A stretch of 64,000 nt of DNA from Candidatus Parcubacteria bacterium (GTDB lineage: Bacteria > Patescibacteriota > Minisyncoccia > Phycocordibacterales > UBA5272). Position 1 is the first letter of the stretch. The number at the start of each line of letters is the position of its first letter. The notes under the pieces were generated by a model. It was given only the letters and a program-made list of their open reading frames with translations, was not told the DNA's origin and ran no database searches. The stretch covers positions 6,103 to 70,102 of the forward strand of contig JBDKJD010000004.1 in NCBI GenBank assembly GCA_039796775.1. Direction: 5' to 3'. Shown piece by piece: positions 37,405 through 46,566 of this stretch. Position numbers and translations under genes: made by a program.

Positions 37405-38481
37405 CTAACCTCTTAAGAGCTTAATCTTTACCAGTGCAACGACATACATACTCTCAGCCCACCCAAGTGGAATATTTTCATTAGGATTCTCTGTATGAGA
37501 GTACCAGAGCTCTGGGATAAGGCCTTCTTTGTTAATTGTTTTACCTGCTCGCTCTAAATACCCTTCTGCTTTTACTCTATCTCCTAATTCTGCATAAATG
37601 ATAGCGAGCCACGCAAGACCCATAGACCACTCAGCCTCTTCAGAGTAGCCGTCTACCTCGTTCTTGTTATAGTATCTGTCGTTTCTGTAACGAATAACCC
37701 CCATATCACGAGTAAGAAAATATTCTACATTCGATAGAATTTTTTCTCTCTCTTCTTTAGTGACAACATCGAATGGGAATATAAGCGATAAAAGCGCTAA
37801 GTCACAAAAACGAGTAGCTGTCTCGCGCGGCAAAAGCGCACGAAGGGCTCGCTCCCCTTTTTCTATCATCTCGCTTGGGATGACGATATACGGCAAGTCT
37901 TTTGCAGTCTTAAGAGCACGCACACACGCTCCAATGGATGATGCGCGCACCTCTTGGTTCTCTTCCCAGATACCAGAGTCAGCGTCTTGCCAATACTCGA
38001 TGTTGTTAAGATAATCCACAAGAAGCTGCACAAGGGCACGGTCTTCGTCTGTCTCTACAACCGAATGTCCAGACACTTCGCAATCAGCAATAAGATACAA
38101 GGTCTCGGCGACTGCGTCATTTTGTTTATTCCCCCACTCTTCCCAATATTCATCAAATGTCTCTGGGTTATAGCGGGCGTGAATATATTGATATGTTGCA
38201 AACGGTCTATTCTCCACAGCCCAGCTAATCTTTTCTTTATGCTTCTGTAATATTTTGAGAAGCGCACGAGCAGCATCCTGTACCATATTCCACTCACCTG
38301 TCCACTTGAATCCAAGAGTCATGAAATAAATGTCCCTAAGCCATGCCTTGTTGTATCCAGTTGCGACGTCATGCGCTGATGCTGTGAAGAGCCCGGTCGG
38401 GGCACGCAACTTACGCACCTGATCTAGATGCCAAGTAATCGCTGATTCAAAATTAAAATGATCAAAAGAATGATTTGACAT
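37405..38481 (-). CDS. glycoside hydrolase family 15 (glucoamylase/glucodextranase-like) protein
   Basis: GYNKAWLRD, ADSGIWEE and (alpha/alpha)6-barrel-type repeats. Confidence 0.65.
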   Translation of the reverse strand: MSNHSFDHFNFESAITWHLDQVRKLRAPTGLFTASAHDVATGYNKAWLRDIYFMTLGFKWTGEWNMVQDAARALLKILQKHKEKISWAVENRPFATYQYIHARYNPETFDEYWEEWGNKQNDAVAETLYLIADCEVSGHSVVETDEDRALVQLLVDYLNNIEYWQDADSGIWEENQEVRASSIGACVRALKTAKDLPYIVIPSEMIEKGERALRALLPRETATRFCDLALLSLIFPFDVVTKEEREKILSNVEYFLTRDMGVIRYRNDRYYNKNEVDGYSEEAEWSMGLAWLAIIYAELGDRVKAEGYLERAGKTINKEGLIPELWYSHTENPNENIPLGWAESMYVVALVKIKLLRG

Positions 38482-38493
38482 TGTTACAGTATA

Positions 38494-38871
38494 CTAGGCC
38501 ACCGATCGATTATCACCAACGCTATACCTTGTATCAAGAATGTCACCATTCGCAGCTTTGGTTGCCTTAACTCCAGAAACTTCAATACCCATTCGAAGAA
38601 GTTCGGTGTTTCTTTTAGCTAGTTCTAAACCTATTTCTTCTTGTTTTATTTCTAATTCAAAGTATTCAATAAGTTTTAAAGTTGCACTTTCTAAAATATA
38701 TCGCTCTCTGCTCATATCTTCTTTGGGCTTCTGTCTTATTTCAAGAAGAATAGCGTTGGCCTCATGAAGTTTTTCTCTTAGACCTCCTTTGACCTCTTCG
38801 ATACGGTCAAATACATCTTGGGGGTTGTGTAGTGCTTGTTCTGGGGAGGTTGTTTGATGTATAGATTCCAT
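38494..38871 (-). CDS. hypothetical coiled-coil protein
   Basis: 125-aa ORF, heptad-rich. Confidence 0.35.
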   Translation of the reverse strand: MESIHQTTSPEQALHNPQDVFDRIEEVKGGLREKLHEANAILLEIRQKPKEDMSRERYILESATLKLIEYFELEIKQEEIGLELAKRNTELLRMGIEVSGVKATKAANGDILDTRYSVGDNRSVA

Positions 38872-38940
38872 ATGACTAAAGTATACACTATTCTAAAATA
38901 ACCTTTATTTGGAGGGTGTGTCATTTTATTTATACCTATA

Positions 38941-39438
38941 ATGTATTACTATAGAGTTATGAAAAAATTGTGGAATATGCCCGACATGCCCGTATGGAGT
39001 GTCTCAACATGTGATAAAAACGGTATGCCGAATATGAATATTTGTACGTACATGACCCCTGTTTCTATGCAGCCCAAGAAATATGTTATCGCTGTATATC
39101 ACAACACCAAGACATATGAGAATATCCAAAACGGAGATCGTATCTTGGTACAATTATTATCTGAAGAACAAGTATCTCTTGTGAGACGATTAGGTAAAAA
39201 ATCAACTCTCACCTATCCTCAAAAAATGAATTCGATTATCAAAATAGCTTGCAAAGATGAATCTTTTTCTTTTCTACCTCAAAGCGTTGGGTACTTTATT
39301 CTCAAAAAGGAATCTAATTTGATACCTGCAGGTGATCACGACATCGCAATTTGTAATGTAGAAAAAACAGTATATCTCAACCCTTTATCTAAAGTCCTTA
39401 CTCTTTCTTATTTACAAGAAAAACAAATTATTGCTTAA
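38941..39438 (+). CDS. flavin reductase-like (FMN-binding split-barrel) domain protein
   Basis: VWSVSTCDKNGMPNMNICTYMTPVSMQPKKYVIAV matches flavin reductase domain pattern. Confidence 0.5.
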   Translation: MYYYRVMKKLWNMPDMPVWSVSTCDKNGMPNMNICTYMTPVSMQPKKYVIAVYHNTKTYENIQNGDRILVQLLSEEQVSLVRRLGKKSTLTYPQKMNSIIKIACKDESFSFLPQSVGYFILKKESNLIPAGDHDIAICNVEKTVYLNPLSKVLTLSYLQEKQIIA

Positions 39439-39623
39439 GTTTAGTGGCACTAAATATAGTAACCAGCGCTGTATTCAGGAGTTGCAGGATACACCCCATA
39501 CCACGACAGAAAACAAGTGCCTTGCCTTAAAAAGAAGTTAGTGAAGTTAAAACTGAGTAAAAGTCTTGATATTACTTAAATAAACATGCAATTAAGTATT
39601 ATTCGCCAAATTGACTTTCTCTA

Positions 39624-39872
39624 TTAAACGTCTTTATGACTTCTCTCATTAACTAGAGGGGTATTTTTTAGTATAATAATCAAACCTCCTCGTTCATTTG
39701 TTTTGAAAGTACACTGTGATCCAGTTTCCTTTTCAAAAATTTCTAGAGCTTCTTTCACTACATTAATTCTCTCAAATTGGTTATAGGAAGATTTTGTAAT
39801 AAATGGCCTAATACGATTGTGTATCCTGTTACCGATGTGTTCCCATTCCTCTTTCGCACTGAGTGTACTCAT
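39624..39872 (-). CDS. hypothetical small protein
   Basis: 82-aa ORF. Confidence 0.3.
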   Translation of the reverse strand: MSTLSAKEEWEHIGNRIHNRIRPFITKSSYNQFERINVVKEALEIFEKETGSQCTFKTNERGGLIIILKNTPLVNERSHKDV

Positions 39873-39878
39873 TCTTAC

Positions 39879-40415
39879 TTACCCGCCAACCTTAAGAGTC
39901 CTATAAGATTCTCTGAAAACATCCAGGACATCCTCTAAGGTTTTCTCTCTGGTCTCTCCATCAATTTTTGTAAGCCACTTACCCCTCTTCTGCTGAGGAA
40001 CAAGAATATGGGGCATTGATGCATGGGAAATAACTAAATCAAATGAATCATCTTTAAAAGGTAAACTTCTGGCGTCTGTAACTATACCCTGTGGGTGATT
40101 AACACCAAGTTCTTCTTGTTCTATGTCAACAGCAACAACACGAGATCCATATTTTTGCTCACAGTATTCATCAAAAAAGTGATTTGCTGAGCCCAAATCT
40201 AGAATACTTTTATTTTGTAATAATCCATCCCGTAATTCAAGGTCTCTAAAATAAAAACCTACTTCTGCTCTTGCGTCATTTAGCTTTTCTAAATTATTAC
40301 TAACCTTATATTTCTGTTGAAGAGACTCAAGTATGTCTGAATCTAAAACGGACTGAAGATTATCAATTTTATTGAGTCTTTTATACGAACCCTCTTCACT
40401 TGCTTGCCTTTCCAT
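39879..40415 (-). CDS. class I SAM-dependent methyltransferase
   Basis: ILDLGSANHFFDEY (motif I), VVAVDI, FDLVISHASM. Confidence 0.6.
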   Translation of the reverse strand: MERQASEEGSYKRLNKIDNLQSVLDSDILESLQQKYKVSNNLEKLNDARAEVGFYFRDLELRDGLLQNKSILDLGSANHFFDEYCEQKYGSRVVAVDIEQEELGVNHPQGIVTDARSLPFKDDSFDLVISHASMPHILVPQQKRGKWLTKIDGETREKTLEDVLDVFRESYRTLKVGG

Positions 40416-40442
40416 TTCCCTAGTATATCATTTCTGAAATAA

Positions 40443-41237
40443 CTAAACTTTAGAAATAGTATCTTCAAAAGAACTAGCATCATGAGAAAAATAGGCTCTT
40501 ACATACGCACCGAAAACAACACTCTCTGGGACTCCCTCCTTCTTTGCGAAATCAGAAATCATTTGAAGAGCTTCTACCCTTTCTTCTATATACCCTTTAA
40601 CAGTTCTTTGGTGGCTTGTGTGTCCAAATCGATTCAAGTCACCGCTCCTTTTTAGGTATTCTTCATACACGTAGTCTGCTATTAACTCTGTAAAACCTTC
40701 ATTTATGGGAACATTTATCTCTTTATCTTCAATCATATACTTAAACCCTGTAGTTTTTTTCTTTTTTTGATTTACTGCACATGCGTGAACATACTCATGG
40801 ATATACGTTGACAATATTCTACGATAATCTTTTTTATAGTCTTGGTCAAAAGTAAATTTGGCAGCATTAATTTTTATTTCTCTATCATTATGCCAACCAC
40901 TAGCAGATCTTGAAGCATCAAAAATAACATCTGTTTTAATAGCACCCTCAACAACAACTAAATCACTATTTGATTTTTTAAGTAGCTCATTAATTATTGA
41001 ATTAATCTGGTTAATATCAAATGAGTCGATTATTCTTTTCGTTTGATCAATTAACACCAATTCTTGCCTATTTACTCTTTGCAATCCCTGTGGCTCTTTA
41101 AATGAATTTTCCATTCCGTAAGTATACCAGTTCCACCCTCCTGTGTAATTAGCGAATGGGTATGTAAACGTTGTATCCAAAAAGCCCAGAGCAAATAGGG
41201 ACTTTTTAGTTTTTATGAATTTGTGTGCCTTATCCAA
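40443..41237 (-). CDS. HExxH putative zinc metallopeptidase-like protein (paralog of 36568..37401)
   Basis: YIHEYVHA + NEGFTELIADYVYEEYLKRSGD; start codon uncertain (ORF track start is TTG). Confidence 0.5.
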   Translation of the reverse strand: MDKAHKFIKTKKSLFALGFLDTTFTYPFANYTGGWNWYTYGMENSFKEPQGLQRVNRQELVLIDQTKRIIDSFDINQINSIINELLKKSNSDLVVVEGAIKTDVIFDASRSASGWHNDREIKINAAKFTFDQDYKKDYRRILSTYIHEYVHACAVNQKKKKTTGFKYMIEDKEINVPINEGFTELIADYVYEEYLKRSGDLNRFGHTSHQRTVKGYIEERVEALQMISDFAKKEGVPESVVFGAYVRAYFSHDASSFEDTISKV

Positions 41238-41535
41238 CTTTCATTCGCTGTCGCTCATTACAGTTTTGTGCCTCTCGCGCTGCTACGCTCGAAACCTACG
41301 TCCTCTCTTCGAGGACTTCGGCCACGGTTCTCAACACTCGCTTCGCTCACTGCTCTCCTCCACAGGGAAACCGCCTTACCTCACGGTACAACTTACTAGC
41401 CGTCCCCGACCCCCTTCCCACGGATAGGCACGCCAAAAGTAAAATCCCTCAGCAATGAGGGGTTTTACTTTTGGCGTACTGTCGTAGACGGGGTTAGAAC
41501 TCAGATAACAGAGAAATAATTCACCCTACTTGGGT
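41238..41535. ncRNA. GC-rich (~55 %) 300-nt intergenic element with extensive secondary structure; candidate structured ncRNA (identity unknown)
   Basis: 20-bp near-perfect hairpin GCCAAAAGTAAAATCCCTCA-GCAA-TGAGGGGTTTTACTTTTGGC (41431-41480); motif ACAGGGAAACCGCC reminiscent of RNase P CR region but no full match found by eye. Confidence 0.3.
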
Positions 41536-42786
41536 TTACGTTATATTAAAGTTTGCATTTTTAAATGTGGAATTTACTTTTTCAAAAAACTTACTCAGGT
41601 CATGTTCCTCGGCTTCTAATTCTCGCATATCAATAGTGACAACTTCATTACTCATTCCCTTTGGGTATGTATCTGGAATAACACTTCTAACCCCCGATTT
41701 CAAAAATTGATTTATTATCCACCTTATTTCTTCTGCATTATTTTCCTCAGTTTTAAAATTATAATTTACAATACTAGGATTTTCAGAAATAATTTCTTCC
41801 AAGAATTCTTCAGGGTTTCTGCTAGGTGTCACCCCTAAACTCCTAGCAAGACTGTGCCATTCGTTAATTGCTCTATTTCTTGCCTCTGCATCTTTAAGGA
41901 ATAAAATCTTTGGCAGTGGAGAAGCCCAAGTGTATTTATTTTTCTTTAAAAAATCTAGATTATCTTGATAAAGAGAAAGTTTATGTGCTTTATGTCTTAG
42001 AAGGTAAGCTAATGCTCTATAAAACCCCTTGCCCGTAACAAATACTTTTCCATCTTCCAAGACCACAGAATCTGGATTAAACAGGGTTTCACCTTTTTCA
42101 ATAAAACGAAGTTCTCCTGTCGTATTATCTTGTAAAGCATTTTCAGTATATAAAAGCTCCCCCTTATAAATTAAAGCTTGGTTGATTGTGCATTCAACTG
42201 TCTGGTAATACGCTTTCAAATACTCTTCCAGGTCTCCAACGACCCTTGTGCCAGCTATACCTGATTTATATTTATTACCCACACTCTTGTCATCCACAAC
42301 GACATCAACATCATTTATTGGTAATTCAGAATCAATCAAACGAGAATCATAATTAGGGTTACTTTGTGAAGCGTGTAACTTAAGAGCAAGTCGAGCGATT
42401 CCACCATAGATTGCAGTGTGTTCGTCACTAAAGATGTCACCGCCTTCAAAATTTCTATTTATGTAATCTTTAAATAACGAACCATCTGGCAATTCTAAAT
42501 TATCAACGGGAATACTTTGCAACTTAACATCTTTTTCAAATTCAGTATTATGTTTAAAATTATTCCTTGAAAACTCAAGTAAATGATACCTCACAGAAAG
42601 CACATCTGATTGATCTACTCCATTATTTTTCACATATTCCGACCAATTTCTAACCAAGCCTAAAAGCTCTTTTCTTTGTTCAAAAGTTAAATCCTTTGCA
42701 GTTCTAATTTCTTTAGCAACAATAAGAGCCAAATCTTCAAGTTCAGTATTTATATTTCTTACAGCTTCTGGTATTTTTTCTAACAT
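41536..42786 (-). CDS. hypothetical protein with weak nucleotidyltransferase-like motif
   Basis: 416 aa; IYGGIARLAL ... DVDVVVDD resembles hG[GS]...DxD of pol-beta NTases but spacer is long. Confidence 0.35.
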   Translation of the reverse strand: MLEKIPEAVRNINTELEDLALIVAKEIRTAKDLTFEQRKELLGLVRNWSEYVKNNGVDQSDVLSVRYHLLEFSRNNFKHNTEFEKDVKLQSIPVDNLELPDGSLFKDYINRNFEGGDIFSDEHTAIYGGIARLALKLHASQSNPNYDSRLIDSELPINDVDVVVDDKSVGNKYKSGIAGTRVVGDLEEYLKAYYQTVECTINQALIYKGELLYTENALQDNTTGELRFIEKGETLFNPDSVVLEDGKVFVTGKGFYRALAYLLRHKAHKLSLYQDNLDFLKKNKYTWASPLPKILFLKDAEARNRAINEWHSLARSLGVTPSRNPEEFLEEIISENPSIVNYNFKTEENNAEEIRWIINQFLKSGVRSVIPDTYPKGMSNEVVTIDMRELEAEEHDLSKFFEKVNSTFKNANFNIT

Positions 42787-42963
42787 TACAAAAGTATACC
42801 ATTTCCAATCTAGGTGTTTTTTGCGAAAGAGTACAAAAAATAACCGTTGATTTTACTGATTTTTCGAATTGGTGTACCCTTCGGAGTACCTCAGGACAAT
42901 CCGTTTACAACTCAAGAAGAAAATACCTCTTTCATTGAAAGAGGTATTTTCTTCTGTAAACGG

Positions 42964-43036
42964 TGTGCCTATCCGGATTTGAACCGGAACTGAGGGCTCC
43001 ACAAGCCCGCGTGCTAACCATTACACTATAGGCACC
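42964..43036 (-). tRNA. tRNA-His (GUG) with genomically encoded G-1
   Basis: cloverleaf: acceptor GTGCCTA/TAGGCAC preceded by extra G, anticodon loop TTGTGGA, T-arm TCCGG-TTCAAAT-CCGGA. Confidence 0.8.
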
Positions 43037-43183
43037 ATATACATTATTCGCTTCCGAATAAGGATTATACTCTAACACATATTTAATATTTTTTGAAGGG
43101 TGACACATCCTAATAATAAATGCTAGGATTACATTCTGTCGCTCTTTTGAGCTCTTTGTAAGAATTAACAAAAGGAGATCGCA

Positions 43184-43822
43184 ATGAAGATAGTTCACCT
43201 TCTCATGATTACAACAATGTTCGCTACACCTGGTTTCGCGTCTACTTTGACACCAAGAGCATGTGTCGATATTTACAGTATTTTGTGTACTGTTCATCAC
43301 GCACCCTTGCAAGATAAAGCAAATACACAGCTAGCTTCTATTCCTAGCGAAGAACCAGCTAACGAAATCCCACCACCAAGACAACACAGAAGTGTATCGG
43401 TTGGCTTTGGTGGATGGAGCGATCACCAAACCGGCAACAAGCCTAACCTGTTCAATCAAGAAAACCCAACCCTTGAGCTTGATATCTGGCTCCCTGTGAC
43501 ATTTCTCGGAGGTCAACCATTTGTTGGTGCTGGTCGTGTATTTAAAAACAGCAGAAATGGCGCCACTGATTACTTCACAATAGCTAATGAGTGGAAGCTT
43601 TTGTCAGGGAAACATGTTGACCTCTGTGGTGGTGTTGGAGCTGTGTACGCTAAGTACAGAGATGAGATGGCTAAACCAGGAAAAAGAAGAGTAGCCGAAG
43701 GAGAAGTACCCCTTCTCTACGGATGTATTGATTTCAATCACTATCTACTGCGTAATTATTCGATAAGAGTAGTTCCACTTGGGTCAAAAATAACCTATCT
43801 ACATTTGGTACGTCACTGGTGA
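43184..43822 (+). CDS. hypothetical secreted protein
   Basis: N-terminal signal peptide (MKIVHLLMITTMFATPGFAS), 212 aa. Confidence 0.45.
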   Translation: MKIVHLLMITTMFATPGFASTLTPRACVDIYSILCTVHHAPLQDKANTQLASIPSEEPANEIPPPRQHRSVSVGFGGWSDHQTGNKPNLFNQENPTLELDIWLPVTFLGGQPFVGAGRVFKNSRNGATDYFTIANEWKLLSGKHVDLCGGVGAVYAKYRDEMAKPGKRRVAEGEVPLLYGCIDFNHYLLRNYSIRVVPLGSKITYLHLVRHW

Positions 43823-43928
43823 ACTCATGTTCACAAAAGCCCTCGAGAATTTCTCGAGGGCTTTTAATTTTAACAAAATATAGAGAAACAAAAACTACAC
43901 TTATTAAGGTGTAGTTTTTGTATTAATG

Positions 43929-44011
43929 TGCCCAGGACTGGATTTGAACCAGCACACCTTAACGGCGCTACCACCTCAAGGTAGTGTGTCTACCAATTTC
44001 ACCACCTGGGC
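43929..44011 (-). tRNA. tRNA-Leu (GAG)
   Basis: acceptor GCCCAGG/CCTGGGC, anticodon loop TTGAGGT, long variable arm, T-arm GCTGG-TTCAAAT-CCAGT. Confidence 0.8.
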
Positions 44012-44150
44012 ATATATAATTTACTTTAAAATAAAATACTACTTTAGTCTCGTATTGTTGTATTTTATTCTTACAATTAAGTGAGGTAAGAAAATACTAT
44101 CATAAAAAACAATAAAAACAAAACAGACTTTTGGTCTGTTTTGTTTTTTA

Positions 44151-44576
44151 TTATTGTGTTTCTTCTGCCACCTCTTCAACAACTGCTTCGACTGTTGTTG
44201 TTGCCCCCTTCTTCACAACACGAGTATCTTTCTTTAACTTGCGACGCACATCACGAAGCGCTTTGTCTCTAACATAATAAAGCTTGCTTCTTCGTGTCTT
44301 GTTGCGACGGACAATTTCAATCTTATCAATAAGTGGAGAGAAGAGTGGATATACGCGCTCTACACCAACACCTGAGGCTACACGGCGGAGTGTAAATGTT
44401 GCCCCCATTTCTGTACCATGCTTACGAGCAAGGAGTATACCTTCAAAAGCTTGGAGACGTGTCTTACCGTCAGCTTCTTTAATTTTGTTCCAAACACGAA
44501 GTGTGTCCCCAGAAGAAAAATCAAGTGCTTTACGAGCTTCAATATCTACCGGCGCGAAAGAAATAGTTGTTTTCAT
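44151..44576 (-). CDS. rplS: 50S ribosomal protein L19
   Basis: FSSGDTLRVWNKIKEADGKTRLQAFEGILLARKH..TFTLRRV.. L19 signature. Confidence 0.85.
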   Translation of the reverse strand: MKTTISFAPVDIEARKALDFSSGDTLRVWNKIKEADGKTRLQAFEGILLARKHGTEMGATFTLRRVASGVGVERVYPLFSPLIDKIEIVRRNKTRRSKLYYVRDKALRDVRRKLKKDTRVVKKGATTTVEAVVEEVAEETQ

Positions 44577-44653
44577 AATAAATGCAATTAGTGGAGAATA
44601 TAGTATCACAAAAAGCGAGTATTTGCAATATCTTCTTAATATTCTCTTTTTGT

Positions 44654-45391
44654 TTAATCTTTTTTGAGAAAACCAAGCGATGTAAGACTTTCTCTCATGT
44701 CATCTGGGACAGGAGTAATAAATGTTTTCTCTTCTTGTCCTTCCATGTCTTTTGGAATAGTAATGGTGAGTGAATATGCATGAAGCATAGACCTCGGTGC
44801 TATTTTTTTGCCATCAAAAGACCCATAGAGGTCGTCACCTATAATCGGGTGTCGTATCCCTCTAAAATGGGCTCTAATCTGATGGGTTCTCCCGGTGACC
44901 GGATACACTTCTACATAACTATAAAACTTGCCTTCATGATTCACTCTTTCTAAGACTTTATACCTTGTGATAGCCTCTCTCTCCTCCCCTCTCATATCAT
45001 CAGAGAAAGGGTCAACAATAGTACGCTTGCGGAAGTCTGACTTTGCTCTCGCAAGAGGAATGCTAATCATTCCTGTATCATGCTTAATACTGCCTTCAAC
45101 TATTGCTCTATACACTTTTCTAGTTGTGTGATCATGAAATTGTTTTTTTAATGTTGTGAAAGCGATTGCATCTTTTGCCAAAATGAGAACACCGCTTGTC
45201 TCTCTATCTATTCTATGCACAACACCCTCTCTCCCCTCATCTCCAACATGTGTGACGTCATACGTTTCTTTCATCCAATCAGCAACAGTATATTCTTCTT
45301 GACGACCATCTGGGTGCACAATAATACCAACAGGCTTGTTGATGACTACAACATGAGTATTTTCAAAAATGATAGGTATAGTAAACTTCAT
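44654..45391 (-). CDS. RluA-family pseudouridine synthase
   Basis: HRIDRETSGVLILAK and TGRTHQIRAHF motifs. Confidence 0.8.
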   Translation of the reverse strand: MKFTIPIIFENTHVVVINKPVGIIVHPDGRQEEYTVADWMKETYDVTHVGDEGREGVVHRIDRETSGVLILAKDAIAFTTLKKQFHDHTTRKVYRAIVEGSIKHDTGMISIPLARAKSDFRKRTIVDPFSDDMRGEEREAITRYKVLERVNHEGKFYSYVEVYPVTGRTHQIRAHFRGIRHPIIGDDLYGSFDGKKIAPRSMLHAYSLTITIPKDMEGQEEKTFITPVPDDMRESLTSLGFLKKD

Positions 45392-45423
45392 GATCCTAGT
45401 AAAAAAGAGTATGAAATCATACT

Positions 45424-45496
45424 CTTTTTAGGGTGGGCGATGAGGGATTCGAACCCCCGACCTTCGCAGTGTAAATGCGCTGCTCTACCAACTGAG
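45424..45496 (-). tRNA. tRNA-Val (UAC)
   Basis: acceptor GGGCGAT/ATCGCCC, D-arm GCTC-AGTTGGTA-GAGC, anticodon loop TTTACAC, T-arm GGGGG-TTCGAAT-CCCTC. Confidence 0.75.
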
Positions 45497-45568
45497 CTAA
45501 TCGCCCTTTTTCTTTTATGCAATAATACTACACTATTTTGTTTTTTTTTGCTAGTATGATAAACACTT

Positions 45569-45640
45569 GCCCTTGTAGTTAAATGGATATAACTGCGGAC
45601 TTCTAAGCCGTTATTCTAGGTTCGATTCCTAGCGAGGGCA
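45569..45640 (+). tRNA. tRNA-Arg (UCU)
   Basis: acceptor GCCCTTG/CGAGGGC, D-arm GTTA..TAAC, anticodon loop CTTCTAA, T-arm CTAGG-TTCGATT-CCTAG. Confidence 0.6.
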
Positions 45641-45647
45641 CAACAAA

Positions 45648-45683
45648 CAAAAAAAGCATTCATTATTTCAATGAATGCTTTTG
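45648..45683. terminator. perfect hairpin AAAAGCATTCATT-ATTTC-AATGAATGCTTTT (bidirectional)
   Basis: seen directly between tRNA-Arg and convergent gene 45696..46232. Confidence 0.6.
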
Positions 45684-45695
45684 ATCAGGGTTTAA

Positions 45696-46232
45696 TTAAG
45701 CTTCAACAAACATATCCCCTCGTACTACGAACTTAACTCCTTTTGTCACAGCGCACCCTTCATGCCAAACGGCGTTAGGGGTTTGAGGGAACATGATAAG
45801 CGACCCTTTTTTAGGGCGATACGTTTGTGGTTCCTCTTTTACAGATCTCTCCCAAAACCTTGTCTCTCCTCCAACGAAATCATCATTAAGGGAGATAAGC
45901 ATCGTTGTGTTTGTTTTTTGTTGTCTACTTCCATCTTTATGCGGTTTAAAAAATTGACCTGGACCATATCGAGATATTCTGAACTCGTTATGGATATAGG
46001 ACAAACGAACAAGAGAAGATAATCGTTCTCTAAGAGTACCCATTAACCACTCATCATCAAAAATTATCTGACTGTTATTTCTGATAGTTTTATTATCTTG
46101 ATAACTCCCATCTTTTTGAAGAGTTCCAATAGATGTGAACTCACAATTTTTGTAACGAGCAAGTACATTATCACACTCACTGTGTGATAAAAATTGAGGA
46201 AACAAAGTATACATAACACCTCCTACGTACAT
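45696..46232 (-). CDS. 2OG-Fe(II) oxygenase superfamily protein (prolyl 4-hydroxylase-like)
   Basis: HKDG (HxD) ... WHEG second His, jelly-roll spacing. Confidence 0.55.
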   Translation of the reverse strand: MYVGGVMYTLFPQFLSHSECDNVLARYKNCEFTSIGTLQKDGSYQDNKTIRNNSQIIFDDEWLMGTLRERLSSLVRLSYIHNEFRISRYGPGQFFKPHKDGSRQQKTNTTMLISLNDDFVGGETRFWERSVKEEPQTYRPKKGSLIMFPQTPNAVWHEGCAVTKGVKFVVRGDMFVEA

Positions 46233-46269
46233 CTATTTACAAGCCCACTCTTGTTGTTAAAAAAAGCAA

Positions 46270-46503
46270 CTATTCGTAAATAACTTCTCTCCCTAGTCTG
46301 TCTTCTAATTTTCTGCCAAGCATTCTGCGTGCATCCCCTGTGCCGCATACCAACACTTCACCGTTCCCAATTTTGTGAATGATTGAATCTAGAATGTCGT
46401 TGATTGCATGAGTGATGTCTTTTTCTATAAGCACTTTGCCGAGCGGTATAACTTCGCCGTCAAAGGTACAGTAATCTTGATGAATACAAAGATGATGCTT
46501 CAT
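46270..46503 (-). CDS. hypothetical small protein
   Basis: 77-aa ORF directly preceded by heptamer leader element. Confidence 0.35.
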   Translation of the reverse strand: MKHHLCIHQDYCTFDGEVIPLGKVLIEKDITHAINDILDSIIHKIGNGEVLVCGTGDARRMLGRKLEDRLGREVIYE

Positions 46504-46566
46504 GGTAACAGTGTACCGTTACTAGCTACTCGTTACTAGTGGAGATCTATTGCGCGCAGAAACAAT

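Noticed and set aside
41238-41535. Specific identification as RNase P RNA, tmRNA or SRP RNA
   Set aside because: Only a short ACAGGGAAACCGCC resemblance to RNase P. P4 helix partners, tmRNA tag/T-arm and SRP domain IV motifs could not be located. Reported only as an unclassified candidate ncRNA.
42932-43312. 126-aa minus-strand ORF
   Set aside because: Overlaps tRNA-His and is Cys/His-rich low-complexity; spurious.
45215-45559. 114-aa plus-strand ORF
   Set aside because: Runs antisense across the rluA-family gene start and through tRNA-Val; spurious.
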